DNA from: Dudresnaya verticillata
Taxonomy: Eukaryota
Reading direction: 5' to 3'
Assembly (NCBI GenBank): GCA_977862235.1
Contig: OZ374560.1
Coordinates: 310,001 to 374,000, forward strand
Length of the DNA: 64,000 nt
The translations under genes and the position numbers were made by a program. Positions within the stretch are counted from its first letter, which is position 1. Each line of letters begins with the position of its first letter. This document shows positions 26,201-38,861 of this stretch, piece after piece. Under the pieces are notes generated by a model, which was not told where the DNA came from, made no database searches, and saw only the letters and a program-made list of their open reading frames with translations.

Positions 26201-26949
26201 ACTCCATCTGACGAAGATTGTGGATGGACTCGTGAAGCGTGGTGACGATTGCGTTGAAGCTGTAGCCTTGGGTTGTGATGTTCTGTATTGGAAGGCGGGA
26301 CCATGTTTGGAACTCAGTCACTGTTCGGTGGAGGTAGTTAACCTTGTGAGCATCGAAGCGGAAGTCCTTGGCGCACTGCGGCACAAGCTCGTTGATTGTC
26401 TCGACTAGCTTCGTCAAGCCATGTGCGACATCCGAAATGTCTTTCTGGGTCATGAAAGTCCGGGGACGAAGCGTCTCAATTGTGGCTTCGACTTGGAGCT
26501 GACGAGCGTCCGAAACATACTCCTTCAACATGACTTGGGTCTTCTCCCGATACGAAATGTCCTCTCACGAGTGTTCAAAGTAGAACATACGGGCAGCACC
26601 ATCGAATGCATGAACGGGAAGTTCTGCCTTGTGATTGGGAGAGGTTGTACAGCTTGGAGCAGACTGCGAACAGATTGAAGGTTTGGTGGATGTCTTGAGG
26701 CAGGTGTCCGGAGAATGTGTATTCCTTAAACATCTGCTGGACGTAGTCAACTTTGCGAGGGTCATCGCGTTGGTCACGATTATTGTCTGCAGTGTAGCCT
26801 CGACGTTGGTCTGGGAAGGGGGTTGCTGGGTTTTCGACCTCGGTCGTTGTGATCTGCTCCATCTCCGAAGGTTTTCGGCGGGGGTGCCCTGTTCGAGCGC
26901 TGAGAACCTCTTCCAAAACCTTGCAACGGCGGACCATGAGGCTGATCGC
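23278..26949 (-). mobile_element. Internally deleted Ty1/Copia element (gag, INT C-terminus, RT, RNase H, putative 3' LTR 23278-23710)
   Basis: Gag with ECFRC knuckle; GLCEKYHEPLR...AMNDTLGPQGL (INT); GRFVLAMK..YKARY, ADIRQPYLQ, YVD (RT); SDASLANNRDLSSQIG, TDSNSLFD, ADGLTK (RH); Copia INT-RT order; purine tract about 23720-23736. Confidence 0.88.
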
Positions 26950-28130
26950 TGTAGTGCAAAACGTCGTGGACGGATAACACCAAGTGCCGGGCCGTTCGTA
27001 GCCCGGCGGTAATTCACCTCAGGCGGGTGAGGGCCGAGGGCCGTAGTAGGGGTAGAGCGTAGATACACGCCCGGGCGGACTGAAAACCCCCGAGGCGGAG
27101 AAAGGGGAAAAGGGAAGTGTCGTACTGACGGGAAAAGGAGACAAGGGGAAAACACACGTCAACGACGGAAACGACGCGTGTGCGTGGTATTCCGGCACGT
27201 ATCTCACGCTAATAGCGTAACAATGATGTCCACTCTTTAGCGCTGGGGGTGGAGGACACCGAGCTCCTCGGATGAGAAAGGGAAAAAGGGTAAACGTCTT
27301 AGACGGAACTCGACGCGGAAGCGCGATTGTCGCGTGGCATAGCCAGCGCAGTTAGCGGTAATGACGCTAATGAGCGAAGGGGCGAAGTCTGAAGGCAGAC
27401 CGGCTTGGCGGGGGTGTACTGAGTCGTCTTCCGACCGGTTTCCTATGTAGTTCTACTGCTAGAGCGACGGCGGCGGAGTCGCGGCGCGCGGGAGCTCAGG
27501 ACACGTGTCGTCCCAGCGTGGGTCTGACAAGTGCCCTGGAATGCAGCCGCGTGCCTGACAGATTTGTCTAAACTGCGGCGCACGTAAAGCGGATGATTAT
27601 ACTGACACGTGGGTACGTGTCGCGCTTACAGAAGCGTATCACGTCATTTGGTCAGCCGCATGTTGGCCTGGTTGCGACTCGGCTGGTGACGAGTGTGCAA
27701 CGTGTCCGCGTATACCGCGTGTGCCGCCTGTCACTCATAGGAAACTGGCTTTTCCGTAATCCATGCCTAAAGCGACATTTGCCGGGAAGTGCGAGCGAGT
27801 TCGCGCCAGAATCCAGATCTTGTACGCCGCTGGCGGCGAAACGCCGAGGGCGGTAGAGGTCAGTCCTAGACGTGTGGCACAACGGCGATTTGCGCCAAGT
27901 GGGCGTTCGACGCTGTAAGTCGTAACGGGCCAATGCCCTGTAAGACGCTGTCATTGCTGGGCTGCGCCATGATGCGACACGTGATTGGCGCCTGGCGCGA
28001 AATCATCTGCGCCTCAGACGAGCAATTGGCACCTGATCATTGGTGCGGCGCTGGGATATTTCCCGATTATACGCCGCCACAGGGGCGTAGATCCGCCTCC
28101 AATTGCTCAATGTAATTCGTGTACAGTACA
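26950..28130 (-). mobile_element. Family-A-related solo LTR abutting the Copia gag 5' end (right boundary uncertain)
   Basis: Begins tgtagtgcaaaacgtc (reverse complement of the family-A 3' end); shares gggcggactg.aaac.cccgaggcgga and ggacacgtgt.gtccc; candidate far end ...cagtaca at 28130. Confidence 0.7.
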
Positions 28131-29076
28131 CTGTAGTAGATAGTATTAGCACGGGCACAAGCCCTATTTATTGGTCCCCTGAATAGCAGGGCACCCCTGA
28201 TTGAACCCTATGGGGAGTTTCTCGGTCTTGACCATTTTCTGGATTCCGGGCGCTTCCCGTTCCCTTTCTGGACGCCAACTACAGGCTCGTCACTGTACGG
28301 CAGGTTCCCTGCGGAATACCGGGTCGCGTCCCCCTTTTCCTTTTCCATTTTCCTGGCCTAGCGTCATTCTACCAAGCCTCTACCACACCCGAGCTACCCG
28401 TGAGCACGACGGTTCCGGACAGGTGTCCTTTGTTCTTATTGATCTTCCTGGGCTGGATCTGTTGTGCAAAAAGACGGTACAACTGCGCCCAGGACGGTAT
28501 TGAGGTAGGCAATATAATCGCCACTACCGGGCTCGTGAGGTGATGGGCCGTACTTATTTGGACTTCCTTTGGATCCATACTTATGTTGCACCATGTTCGG
28601 ATAACCATGGTACTCGTTGTTATCCTGGGCGGGTGAGGGGAGTGGATAGTAATTACCGTCCGGGACGTGAGCGATTGTGCGCACGACATCCTCATCCCGC
28701 GTTTTGGGTTACGAGTTTGCAGAGGAGGAGTACATCCGCTGCATGATATTGCCACGAACATAATGTTTGTTTCCCGGGGAATGGCAGGAATGAAAAGCCG
28801 CATGGGTGGTAATGCGGTGAATGGTAACTTGGTTCTTATCCACTCGGATGTCTTCTAGCATCGGAGCATCTTGGTATTGACGGGAAATGGTATGTCCTCT
28901 CTCCACAACAACTCCGCTTGTCACAGCATTTACCTTATAGTACGAATTTGTAGGGGTATGACCGCCCAAAGGGTAGTATTAGCCCGTCCAGGTCTCGAAA
29001 AATAAACAAATTTGTATATCGATGCGCCAACAAATCCACTTGGCGCCACAATAGTTTCTACGCATCCGAAATTATA

Positions 29077-29111
29077 TCTAAAATACACGGCCGCAGCGCC
29101 AGTGAAAAAAT

Positions 29112-29153
<42 letters not shown>

Positions 29154-29440
29154 AGCTCACCATTGATTGGCGGGATGTTACTCCTTACAGCCGACACCTT
29201 TGCTGTGCGCCTGATTTCTTAATTTGGTTATTTACTTTTGTGCGCGCGCCACCGCCGTTACACCCCGCGCCGAAGGCGCGGGGTCTAGCGGCGCGCAGCG
29301 CCGCCCCCGCCGAAGGCGGTTCGACTTGCCTGCCTTCGGCGGGGGGACTATCATACAGTACCAGCCCTCAGTGCCGTCCCGCGCCGAAGGCGCGGTCTAG
29401 CGGGGCGCAGCGCCGCCCCCGCCGAAGGCGGTGGAACTTG
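29077..29440 (+). mobile_element. Non-autonomous Helitron-like element (364 bp)
   Basis: A|TCTAAAATA 5' end; subterminal hairpin ccgccGAAggcgg followed by CTTG|T; A-T target with no TSD; internal (CAG)13. Confidence 0.65.
29112..29152. repeat. (CAG)13 microsatellite
   Basis: Direct read. Confidence 0.98.
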
Positions 29441-30642
29441 TTATTCTGGAAAGGTTGGTTCATGTCTGGGTTCGGAGATCCACAAGAAGCCTTGATCTCA
29501 TGTACTGCATCCATGGAAAACTCAGACGTACACGAATTGAAGAAAAATAACCAAACGAGACTGACAAGTCCTTTCTGTTTCTGTTCCGTGTCTGAGAGGC
29601 TGCCTTTGGCCCAATACGTTTGCGGGAAATCCTCAAAAGCGTAGAGTACAACCATCGAAAACAGACAGTTGACTGCAAAGGTAGCTTATGTGGGTTACTA
29701 GAACAATTCTTCTGTGAAGATCTTCTTGGTCAGCGGTAGAAGCTCTATCGCAAATCTTGTGGCCTTCTCTGTAGGTTTCCTGGCTTACACGTCTTCTTCA
29801 TCTCCTGTACTGCTTTCTGGAACATTTCAAAGCGGATAGGAAGAGAGAACAGAAATAGAAACGTTGATAAGCTTCTGTGAAAGCTCATCGGTAATGTTGG
29901 AGTTCCTGAAGCATCGTGTGAGGTTATCTGGCTTCGTCTTAAAATCTTTCCCTGAGATCTTCTTGTATGCTGCTGAAGCTTTGTGTGGTACGACTGCGTG
30001 GGCTCGCAGTAATTTCCTGAGAAGGTGTGGGTGACGGTCATAACAAAGTCTTGAGCGACAACAGCGGCGAGTGGAACCGGGTAGGAATCCGTATTGTCGT
30101 CCGTAACCGGTCGCCTCGTGCTCGCGGCGTTGAAGTGGTGTAAAATCACTGCTTTGCGGGCACGTTGCGCAGGGTCGCGGAACATGCGCGAGCGGGTCAG
30201 AGAGGTGGACGAGGTTTATCTGTAGTATAGACGTCAGGTCGATCCGACGTCTGATACTTGCTGGTCCGAAGCCGCCACAAAGACCCGTCGATGGGTAGCT
30301 GTTGGGGTTGGTAGAGCGGTGTCGGCCGCGTGCGCCCCGCAGGTGAGGATCTACGGCGTCGATGCCGGAGCGCGAACGGGGCTAACTGTACGCGGGTAGG
30401 CAGCGGCCGGATCCCAGCGTCCCTGTCGAAGGGTGGCACGAAGCCGACGGAAAGGAAAGGGAAAGGGGAAAAGCCTAGCGAGGCAAGGAGAAAAAGGGAA
30501 ACCGCCCGCTGGTGTAGGGCAAAGGGATCGAACCCGAAAAGGCTGGGGGCAAGCTTCAGCGCGAGCTTTTGCTTGCCCGGTTTACTGAGCCGTCGATGGC
30601 CGACGGTCTTAAATACCCTACACTATGTGCATTACGACTACT

Positions 30643-31558
30643 TGTAGTGCCAGGGGGGGTCCCTCTTTTTCGCTTTCAAGCTGGTTGATATCCTGCGTCT
30701 ACCGACGGACGACCGCCAACGGCGCGCTCAACCCGCCTGCGGCGCAAACACGTCAGCGACGCATGCCGCTGGCCACTGGGGCCAGAACGGCTCGCTTGGC
30801 GTGCAGACCGCACGCCTGAACCCGGGACACTGTACGGCGCCACGCGTATGCGCATGGCCCAGTGGCGGGAACGTTCGCTGTAAGCGTGGCCCGAATCCGG
30901 ATCCAATCGGGATCCCACATCGGGATCAGACATCGGGATTAAGAGGTGTAAGGCACGCGCCTGTAAGCCTGACGCATCCGCATGGCTGGCCCGAATCCGG
31001 ACTGGATCGGGATTAGTGCGGATCGAGATCACACGCACCATGGGGCGCGTGCGGCTGTAAGGAAGTACATCCACGTGTAGGTGTAAGGACTCGAGCGGGG
31101 AAGCTACGCGTGATCTGTCAGGAGCGCGGCTGCATGACGGACGGATCTGTCAGACGCGCCTCGGGACAACACGTGTCCCGAGTTCCCGCGCGGCGCGTAC
31201 ACACGCGTCGCCGCCGCTAGGTAGTTCTATACTTAGTTGATCCGTCTCAGACGTTGAGGTAAACTCCCGGCAAGCCGGCCTTAGTCCAGACTTCCCCGCT
31301 CCGCACGCGCGTACCCTACCGCTGCCTACGGCTAAGCGTCTACCTCCCGTGCTTCCACGTCTCTACCCGTCTTTGACGTGTTCCCTTTTTGTTCTCTTTT
31401 GTTCTTCCTTTCCGCCTCGGGCGTTTACAGTCCGCCCAAGGCGTGTCAACTACTCTACCACAAGTCGCCCAAGGCGAGGGTACTCACCGCCACGGGCGTC
31501 GCTACCCACCGAGCTCCGAACTGCTCGGCGGTGTTCCGTCTAGGACGTTTGCACTACA
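30643..31558 (+). repeat. 5' LTR, family A
   Basis: About 13 differences from 42720-43635. Confidence 0.97.
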
Positions 31559-31560
31559 AC

Positions 31561-31576
31561 TGGTCCCCCGACCTAG
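31561..31576 (+). promoter_or_regulatory. Primer-binding site, probably tRNA-Tyr
   Basis: TGGTCCCCCGACCTAG 2 nt after the LTR; its complement ends ...GGGGG-A-CCA (G72, A73, as in eukaryotic tRNA-Tyr). Confidence 0.7.
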
Positions 31577-31685
31577 AAGTGTGCTACGTTTCAACGAGTT
31601 ACTCCGTCGTGCGACGTCCGACCTTCCGTCTCTAGACGTCCGTCGCTAATCGTCTACGACGTTCAAGCAACTCTACGACTGCATT

Positions 31686-34242
31686 ATGGCCTCACCACCG
31701 CCGCCGTCGCGAGGCCCCAGTTCAAGAAGACCGTCATCGACGCCGGGGAGTGTCCCCGCGTCGGAGCGGTCGCTACAGCGGATGACAACGAGGTCTGGGC
31801 GCCTCGTGAGCCCCGAGATCGCATCGGCCTTTCCGACCGGTCCTGGCCACGATCAATCCCATATATCGCTCAACAGGGGAGAAGCACCTCCCCCACCGAT
31901 ACCCGTCGTCATCCGTACCACCGTTCCCAACGAATCGGCCCTCCGAACCTACCACTCGCACGTGGATTCCGCTGACACAGTACAAGCCGAACAGCAACCC
32001 GTCGAGGACGGAGCCCAAGCCGACATCGTCGAGGAACAACCCGAAGTTCCGGTCCACCAACCAACCTTACCCGTCGACGACGACCAAGAACGCCCTGCGG
32101 GGCGGGGCGTCATAGAAGAATCACCAATCCCAAGGGGCTGCTGCCCCTCACCCCACGGCAGTGCCGGATGTTCACCGGCCAGGCCGTTAGCGCAACCGCG
32201 CAGCACGGGAGGTCCGCCGCAGGCGTCGACCCCCGCGCGCACACCGCTAGTGGCGTCCCCAGCATCCGCCCGCGTTAGTAATCTCACGATACCTCGCGAG
32301 CGGATCCGGGAAGTATGCGTCGCTGAAGACGGTAACTTACTCGCTCGATTCGCGGAGATGCTCGACGATAATGTCGGAGGTATCTTCAGCCGTCTACAGA
32401 CGTTGGAAGAAGATCGGGACGGTGCCCTTCAAGGACTCCGTTCCGACCTCGACCGTCTGATGACGAACCCCAACCATGGAGTAGATGCTCAGCAGCCAAC
32501 GGCATTGACGGTCCATTCCCAGTCGGAAATGAGTTCATGCGAACGCTTTCAACGATTAGCGACCCGCTTGGAGCGACTGGAAACCGCCAAATGGCGCCAA
32601 GGGCCGCCGTCTGATGACGATAGTTCCGAAGAAGACCGTCGCCGACGCAAAGATCGTAAGAGACGGGGCAAGAATCGCTGCAAGTCGCGTCATGGACGGA
32701 AGAAGAACCGTTGCCGACGAGGGGACTCATCCTCATCCTCTTTGGACACGTCTAGTGACGACGGGTCAACAGGCTCTTCGTCAGACGACGACCACCACGT
32801 GGCTCACGGCAGTGCCATGTGACCCAGCGGAAAGCGATACAAGGGACTGAAGGAGCTAAGCCCCTCCAATCCTCTCTTCAATCAGTTGCTATCGTACCGC
32901 ACATACCGTCTTCAAGACGTGGGACAGAAGCGCTCTGGATGCGAAACCGGGGAGGTCAAAGACCATATCAAGCAACTTGAGTTAGCAATGAAGGACGCCG
33001 CCTTCAACGGCAGCGATCCCGAAATGGTTCTCGAGTTTTTAACGCGGTTCGCGGATGAAGCCGACATGGTAGAGATGAGCGAAGCACAAGCGTTCGTCGC
33101 GCTGCCGTACTTCTTAAGAGGTACGGCAGCCACGCAATTCCGCTCCGTCAAATCGACGTCCTCGCGCCACCGCGGCGGCGTATCATCGTACCCGGAGGCG
33201 GTGCACTACCTCCTCCGCACGTACGCCACGCCTTCGGCGATTCGAGACGCTGTCCTCGCCCTGCGGTCGACTAGTCAGAAGCAGGGCGAAGACGAAACGA
33301 CTTACGGCATGAGACTCGCCGGCGCATGTATTAGTTGCAGTAACGTTTATCCTGAATGGGAAAAGATGTCACTGTACATCGATGGGTTAGACCCGACGAT
33401 CAGGTCCTCAGTGGCCCGCTTCCGCGAAGAAACGCCGAGGGCGGAGTTATCTTTTGAACGCTTAGTCCACTTCACGCAAGACGAAGGTGACGTGCAACGC
33501 GCAAGACACGGCAGGGCCGGCTCGACGTCCGTAAGACGGGATATAATGGCCCCGGCCCAAGCCGCTCGCGCATTGCGCCCCGCCATTGGCGGCAACCGAA
33601 CGGTTCTACGTCAACAGACGAGGGGCACGAAGCCTGCCGCACGCGCTATGATAGCGGAGTCTTCCGTTGAGTTCCGTGATATCACCCGTCATGCGGACGA
33701 TATGGAAACACACGCCGATGGCGATCTCTATTTGGCCGACGAACAAGCGTCAGTGCCAACTTCAGCGTTATCAACGGACAGCTACGTCGAAGACGAGAAC
33801 ACAGGGGCAATGGACCCTACACTCGCCTTTGGGCGTTCCGTTGTGCCCGCGCCACGCGTTCCGTACTCGGCGTATGCCCCCCCACGTCCACTGGGCGAGG
33901 CCAGGTTGGCAAGACAGGGGTCCGCTCGGTCAAGACGCTCGCAGACAGTTGATCTGTCATCAGTGTTATGCCCGTGACCACATAGCACCGGACTGCTTCC
34001 TCCGCATGAGCGAGTATATGAAAGCGATCGCCAACTACGAAGGCTTAACAGACGCCGAGAAGGCGGGGGTCCCCGCTGATGCGTACACTCGGTACAAAGA
34101 ACGCGCTGCGCGCGAAACAGCACGCCGTGCAGCACGACCACCGTTGCCACGGGGCGGACCTATGCGGCACGCAGCAGAACGTCATCTGACGGTGATCAAT
34201 CGCTACACAGCGCCGCTACAACCGCCGCAGGCGAAAAACTAA
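31686..34242 (+). pseudogene. gag: Gag of the family-A element (one in-frame TGA, one frameshift)
   Basis: ORFs 31686-32822 and 32886-33977 share a frame across TGA; retrotransposon gag core; CHQCYARDHIAPDC knuckle after a frameshift in the C7 run at about 33877. Confidence 0.9.
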
Positions 34243-37200
34243 TGAGGGTACCAACTCCTGACACTGGAGTGTCGCACTAACCAGAGAGGCTTCCGCCTCG
34301 GGTGCTGACACGGAAGGAGGGCCCGAACTTAGTTAACAAATACGCCGATGGGCGGGTAGACTCGTCACAGACATCCTTGAAGCGCCCCTGGCGTAGGTAC
34401 CAGCCCCCACAAGCCCGGGGACAGTTGTTCGTAATGACCAAAAGGAACTACAAAGTATACGCCGACCTGGGCGTAACTGTAGGTACCTTGGCATGTAAAC
34501 TTACTGTCCTCGACACGGGGGCTGGTCCGAATTTCATTCGCATTGACGACATTCCGCTAGAAGCGCGACCACGGATCGTATCCAAGAGTCTCCCCGTCAT
34601 ATCAGACGCTAACAACAAGGCGATTCAGACTCGGGGCACTATCGACTTAGTCGTACGTCTCGGACGAAGGGTTGTCAAGTTGGAGTTGATCGTCTGTGAA
34701 CGGCTCGCTGCGCCGGTTATACTCGTTTGCGACTTTTGCGACCGCTTTGTCGAAGCGATTTATCCGCGGAGTCGCGAGATTGAGTTGGACGACGGGACAC
34801 GTGTCCTTATAACGCGCCGCCCGCTGAGCCGGCCCCCGTCGTACCCCCCGTTGCCAACGGAACAAGAGTACGGCACGGCCAAAGGGCGAACGTCGCCCAA
34901 GATACGCGTTGCGGAACGAACGATCATCCCGTCACAGGCGCAAAAGTGCATCTCGGTAACGACCGAGCGAGCAGGGGTCATTACCATCCAACCGTTTGGA
35001 ACGTTATATGATCGGCAAGCTTTGGCCGCTACTAATGGGGTCGCTCAAGTAGAGCCGCTGAGAGTGTTTCGGATTCTCGCCCCAAACGCTTCCCCGCGTC
35101 CGCAAGCGCTCGTCAAAGGACAAGTCTTCGCTACCGCGTTGCCACATCCCACAACAGTGTTCCCCAGTCACATAAGTCTGGCCGATGTCCTAGGTATCAC
35201 CGAGGAGCAGGCAGCGGAGGAAGAGGAGAATCAAGATTTCCGTTTTCAAACGAATGATGGAGTAACGGCGCAGCCGGATACATTCGCTAAGTCGATCGAA
35301 GCAACTGTAGCTAAACCTCCGCCAGTGGACGAGTTGGACCTGAGTCATCTCTCAGCCGAACATCAAGGACGGCTGAAGGAGATGCTGCGGAGGTACTCGT
35401 CGATGTGGGACGGTTCATTAGGAGAAATCACAACCACGGAGCACTATATTGACTTGCTCCCCGGCTCCAGGCCGATTTCATCCCCGCCTTACCGCGCTGG
35501 CCCAAAGAAAAGGCAACTCGCTCAAGCGGAGGTGGATCGCATGTTGCGTCAGGGGGGTTATCGAACCCGCACAATCGCCATGGCCGTCACCGGTCGTCTT
35601 TGCTCCCAAGAAGGACGGTACAATCCGCTTCTGCGTTGACTACCGTCGCTTGAACGCGGTACCGATACGAGATACGTACCCTCTCCCGCGAATCGACGAA
35701 TTTATTGACAGCCTAGGGGAAGAGAACGTCTTCACCACCCTAGACTGCAATAGTGGTTACTGGCAGGTGCCCATCAATCCGCGAGATCGCGACAAGACGG
35801 CGTTCACGTGCCATGCCGGGTTGTTCCGCTACAAGCGTATGCCCTTCGGACTTACTAACGCACCGGCCACGTTTCAACGGATCCTCGATATCCTGCTTGC
35901 TGGTTACAAGTGTCGCTCATTCCTCGTCTACCTTGACGATTTGATCATCTTCTCGAATGATATTGAGAGTCACTTCCGTCATGTTGACGAGATCCTTTCG
36001 ACCTTGCATCGGGCCGGGGTGACATTGAAGTTAACCAAGTGCGACTTCTTCACCCCGACCGTCAACTATCTAGGCCATGTGATACGTCCGGGACGATTGG
36101 AAGTAGACCGTACGGTCACAGCCGCGTTACGCGAAGCCAAGCATCCGCGAGACCAGAAGGAATTACGGAGCTTTCTCGGATTGTGCAACGTCTATAGACG
36201 GTTTGTATCGCGATACGCGCACGTCGCCGCTCCCCTCAACAAATTGATGAGGAAAGAGCAAGACTTCCGGTTACAACCGTTCACCGAGGAGCAAGCTCGG
36301 GCATTCAGCACGCTTGTCGAAGCGGTGACTCACCCGCCCATCCTGGCGTTTCCACAGCAAGGACTACCGTACTCCGTCGATTGTGACGCGAGCGAATACC
36401 AAGTTGGCTGCGCACTCTTTCAAACGCAGCCTGACGGCGAACGGAAGCCGCTTGGCTTCTGTTCACGCTCGTTAACCGCTCCGGAGCGCAACTACTCAGT
36501 ATCCGAAAAGGAATGCCTGGCAGTAGTCTGGTCGATCACGACGTTGAGACCGTACCTTCAGATGGAGTCCTTCGTAATCCATACGGGCCATTCGTCGTTG
36601 AGGTGGCTCATGGAAAGCAGCGACCCCTCGGGACGGTTAATGAGATGGCGTCTTCGCCTCTCTGAGTTCGACTTCGTCGTGAAGTATAAAAAGGGATACC
36701 TGAATACTCAGGCAGATGCCCTCTCACGTCTACAGACGAACGGCGAAACTGTCGAACCAATCGACGATGATATCCCGTGTTACCACGGAAGTTGCGTCAA
36801 AGACGAGGATCACTCGTCAGAAGACGGCTACGCTCACGCAGAAAGCGATACGTCAAACGCCAAGGGCGAAGTCGATTTCTCCGAACGAGACTTCGAGGAG
36901 TTTGACCAGATGTTGGTTACCAACGCGCCACCGGCGGATGAAGTGCTCCTCCGTCAATTGACGTATGAAGAGTTGGTGCATGCTCAGGGCAGTGACCAGT
37001 ACTGTTCCGAGATCCGGAAATGTCTAGACGACGGGGACAACCTACCGTTTGCAACGGATGAACAGGGACTATTGGTTCGGACCGTCGAGGCCCGACCCCA
37101 AGTCGTTGTACCATCCGCGTTACGCGTTCGATTGCTCCATCTCCGACATCATGCTAAATTAGCAGGACATCCCGGAGGGCGGAAGCTGTACCATACGCTT

Positions 37201-38861
37201 CGACGCCAGTATTATTGGCCATCTATGTCGGTGGATTGTTACGCGACCGTCCGCAATTGCGTTACTTGCGCGAAGAACCGGGTACTGATGCAAAAGAACG
37301 TGAAGGAGATGAAACTGTTCCCAGCAACCGAACCTCTCGAGTTTGTGTCCATCGATATACTCGGGGAGCTCATACGCACTAAGCGGGGGAATAATTTCCT
37401 ACTCGTCATCGTGGACCGCTTCTCGAAGCTGGTCCGGACGGTTCCCTTTCGTAAGATTACGGCATTGGAAATCGCTAAGGCGTTTGTTCGACACTGGGTG
37501 TTTGTGTATGGCCCACCCAAGAAGCTGCTGTCCGACAATGTGCCGCAATTTGTAGCCAAGTTGTTCCAGGACGTCTGCCGCATCTTAGGGGTGGATAATC
37601 TCTTCACCACTACGTACCATCCGCAGTGTAACGGCCAAGTGGAACGATTCAATCGAACCATCCTCGCCTCCCTGCGTCAGCGGAGCCGTCGCTTGAAAGC
37701 GCACCCACTGCCGGACAGTACTACACCAAATGGCGAACCTGGCTGTACGCATTGATGGGAACCGCTAAAGCGTCGCTCGCGAAAACGCAGACGCGTTACA
37801 AACGGAACTTCGATACTCGTCTGAGGAAATCGAAGGAGAACATCGCCGTGGGCGACTTTGCATTCGTGCGGAAGGAATACTTCGCCCGCGGCGGGAGCAC
37901 CGATCGCTCAGAGCGCAAGCACAAGCTCGCGCCTGTGGCGGATGGACCGTATCGAGTAACTCACGTCAACGAAGAGACAGTCACCGTCGACAAGGGACGT
38001 GGAGAACGCGAAAGTTTATCCCGGGACCGCGTGGTATGGGCTCCAACCCCACCAGGGCACACCGCCCCCGCAACCGTGCAACCACCGGGACCACCTCACG
38101 TACCGGGGCCCACTGCCCCCACGTAAACCGATGAAGGAGCAGGAACCCCAGACACGCCACAGGCGGACCCGGCAGGAGGCACAGGGACACCGCGAAGCAC
38201 GGACGACTCGCAGGAGCGAATGAATGCAACGCCGCGAAGTCGCGGATTAGCAGAGCTCTCGCCCTTCGCCGCCAACCCTGACGACGGGGTCTCGCAATCT
38301 GTCTCCGACGAGGAGGAGGGTCCAGGCATCCGTAGACGAATGGGACACACAACCTCGGCTTCGCCGGCTACCAAGGTAGGTCGCGCTTCGAGCGCATCGA
38401 CTGACGACGAGGAAGACCGCGTTAACGAAAGGGACGAAGCTGGAAGCGAGGAACCAGTACGCAAAAGTGAGGAACCAGTACGCAAAAGCGAAGAACCACA
38501 ACCCGCTACACAAGCGCTCGGGGAACCGACCCAGCGTCTTAGGCGATCGAATCGTCGAGTACGGTTTGCGGAACCGGTGCGGACGCCCATCACGCAACGA
38601 AGTGAACCGCCTAAGGCGTTAGAACGGCAGGAGCCCACTTCGACCGCTACAAGCGAGAAGGAGTACGTTATCGAACGGGTTGAGTCGCACGCACACGAGG
38701 AAGACGGTGAGATCCTCTACCGCGTCAAGTGGTTTGGATACCCCGCTTCAGCGAATACCTGGGAGCCAGTGTCCAATCTAGCGCGATCGCACGTTGTGCG
38801 GTATCACCGTCAGAAGCACACGCGCCTGCCGCCAAACATCGACGACGCGCAACGCGGGTAA
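34239..38861 (+). pseudogene. pol: Pol of the family-A element: protease, RT, RNase H, integrase, GPY/F motif, chromodomain
   Basis: VLDTGAG; FCVDYRRLN, LDCNSGYWQ, YLDD; CDASEYQVG; HHAKLAGHPG..CVTC, SIDIL, NGQVERFN; DGPYRV; EYVIERVESH..YRVKWFGYPASANTWEP. Confidence 0.95.

Larger units (their letters stand above)
28700..30220 (-). pseudogene. Family X copy 2: degenerate ORF of unknown type (continues at 43999-44250)
   Basis: Stop-riddled reading frame interrupted by the Helitron; homology to 22.1-23.1 kb. Confidence 0.45.

Noticed and set aside
23278..28130. Copia element using a Gypsy-family LTR as its own 5' LTR
   Set aside because: The putative Copia 3' LTR (23278-23710) is unrelated and no PBS follows 26950; a later insertion into gag is simpler
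28930..29644. Poly-alanine protein ORFs
   Set aside because: They arise from the (CAG)13 microsatellite inside the Helitron-like element
30676..31074. Identical 132-aa ORFs here and at 42753-43151
   Set aside because: Identity only reflects the LTR duplication; no coding evidence
32820..32822. Programmed stop read-through in gag
   Set aside because: A CGA-to-TGA mutation explains it, and the element has other lesions
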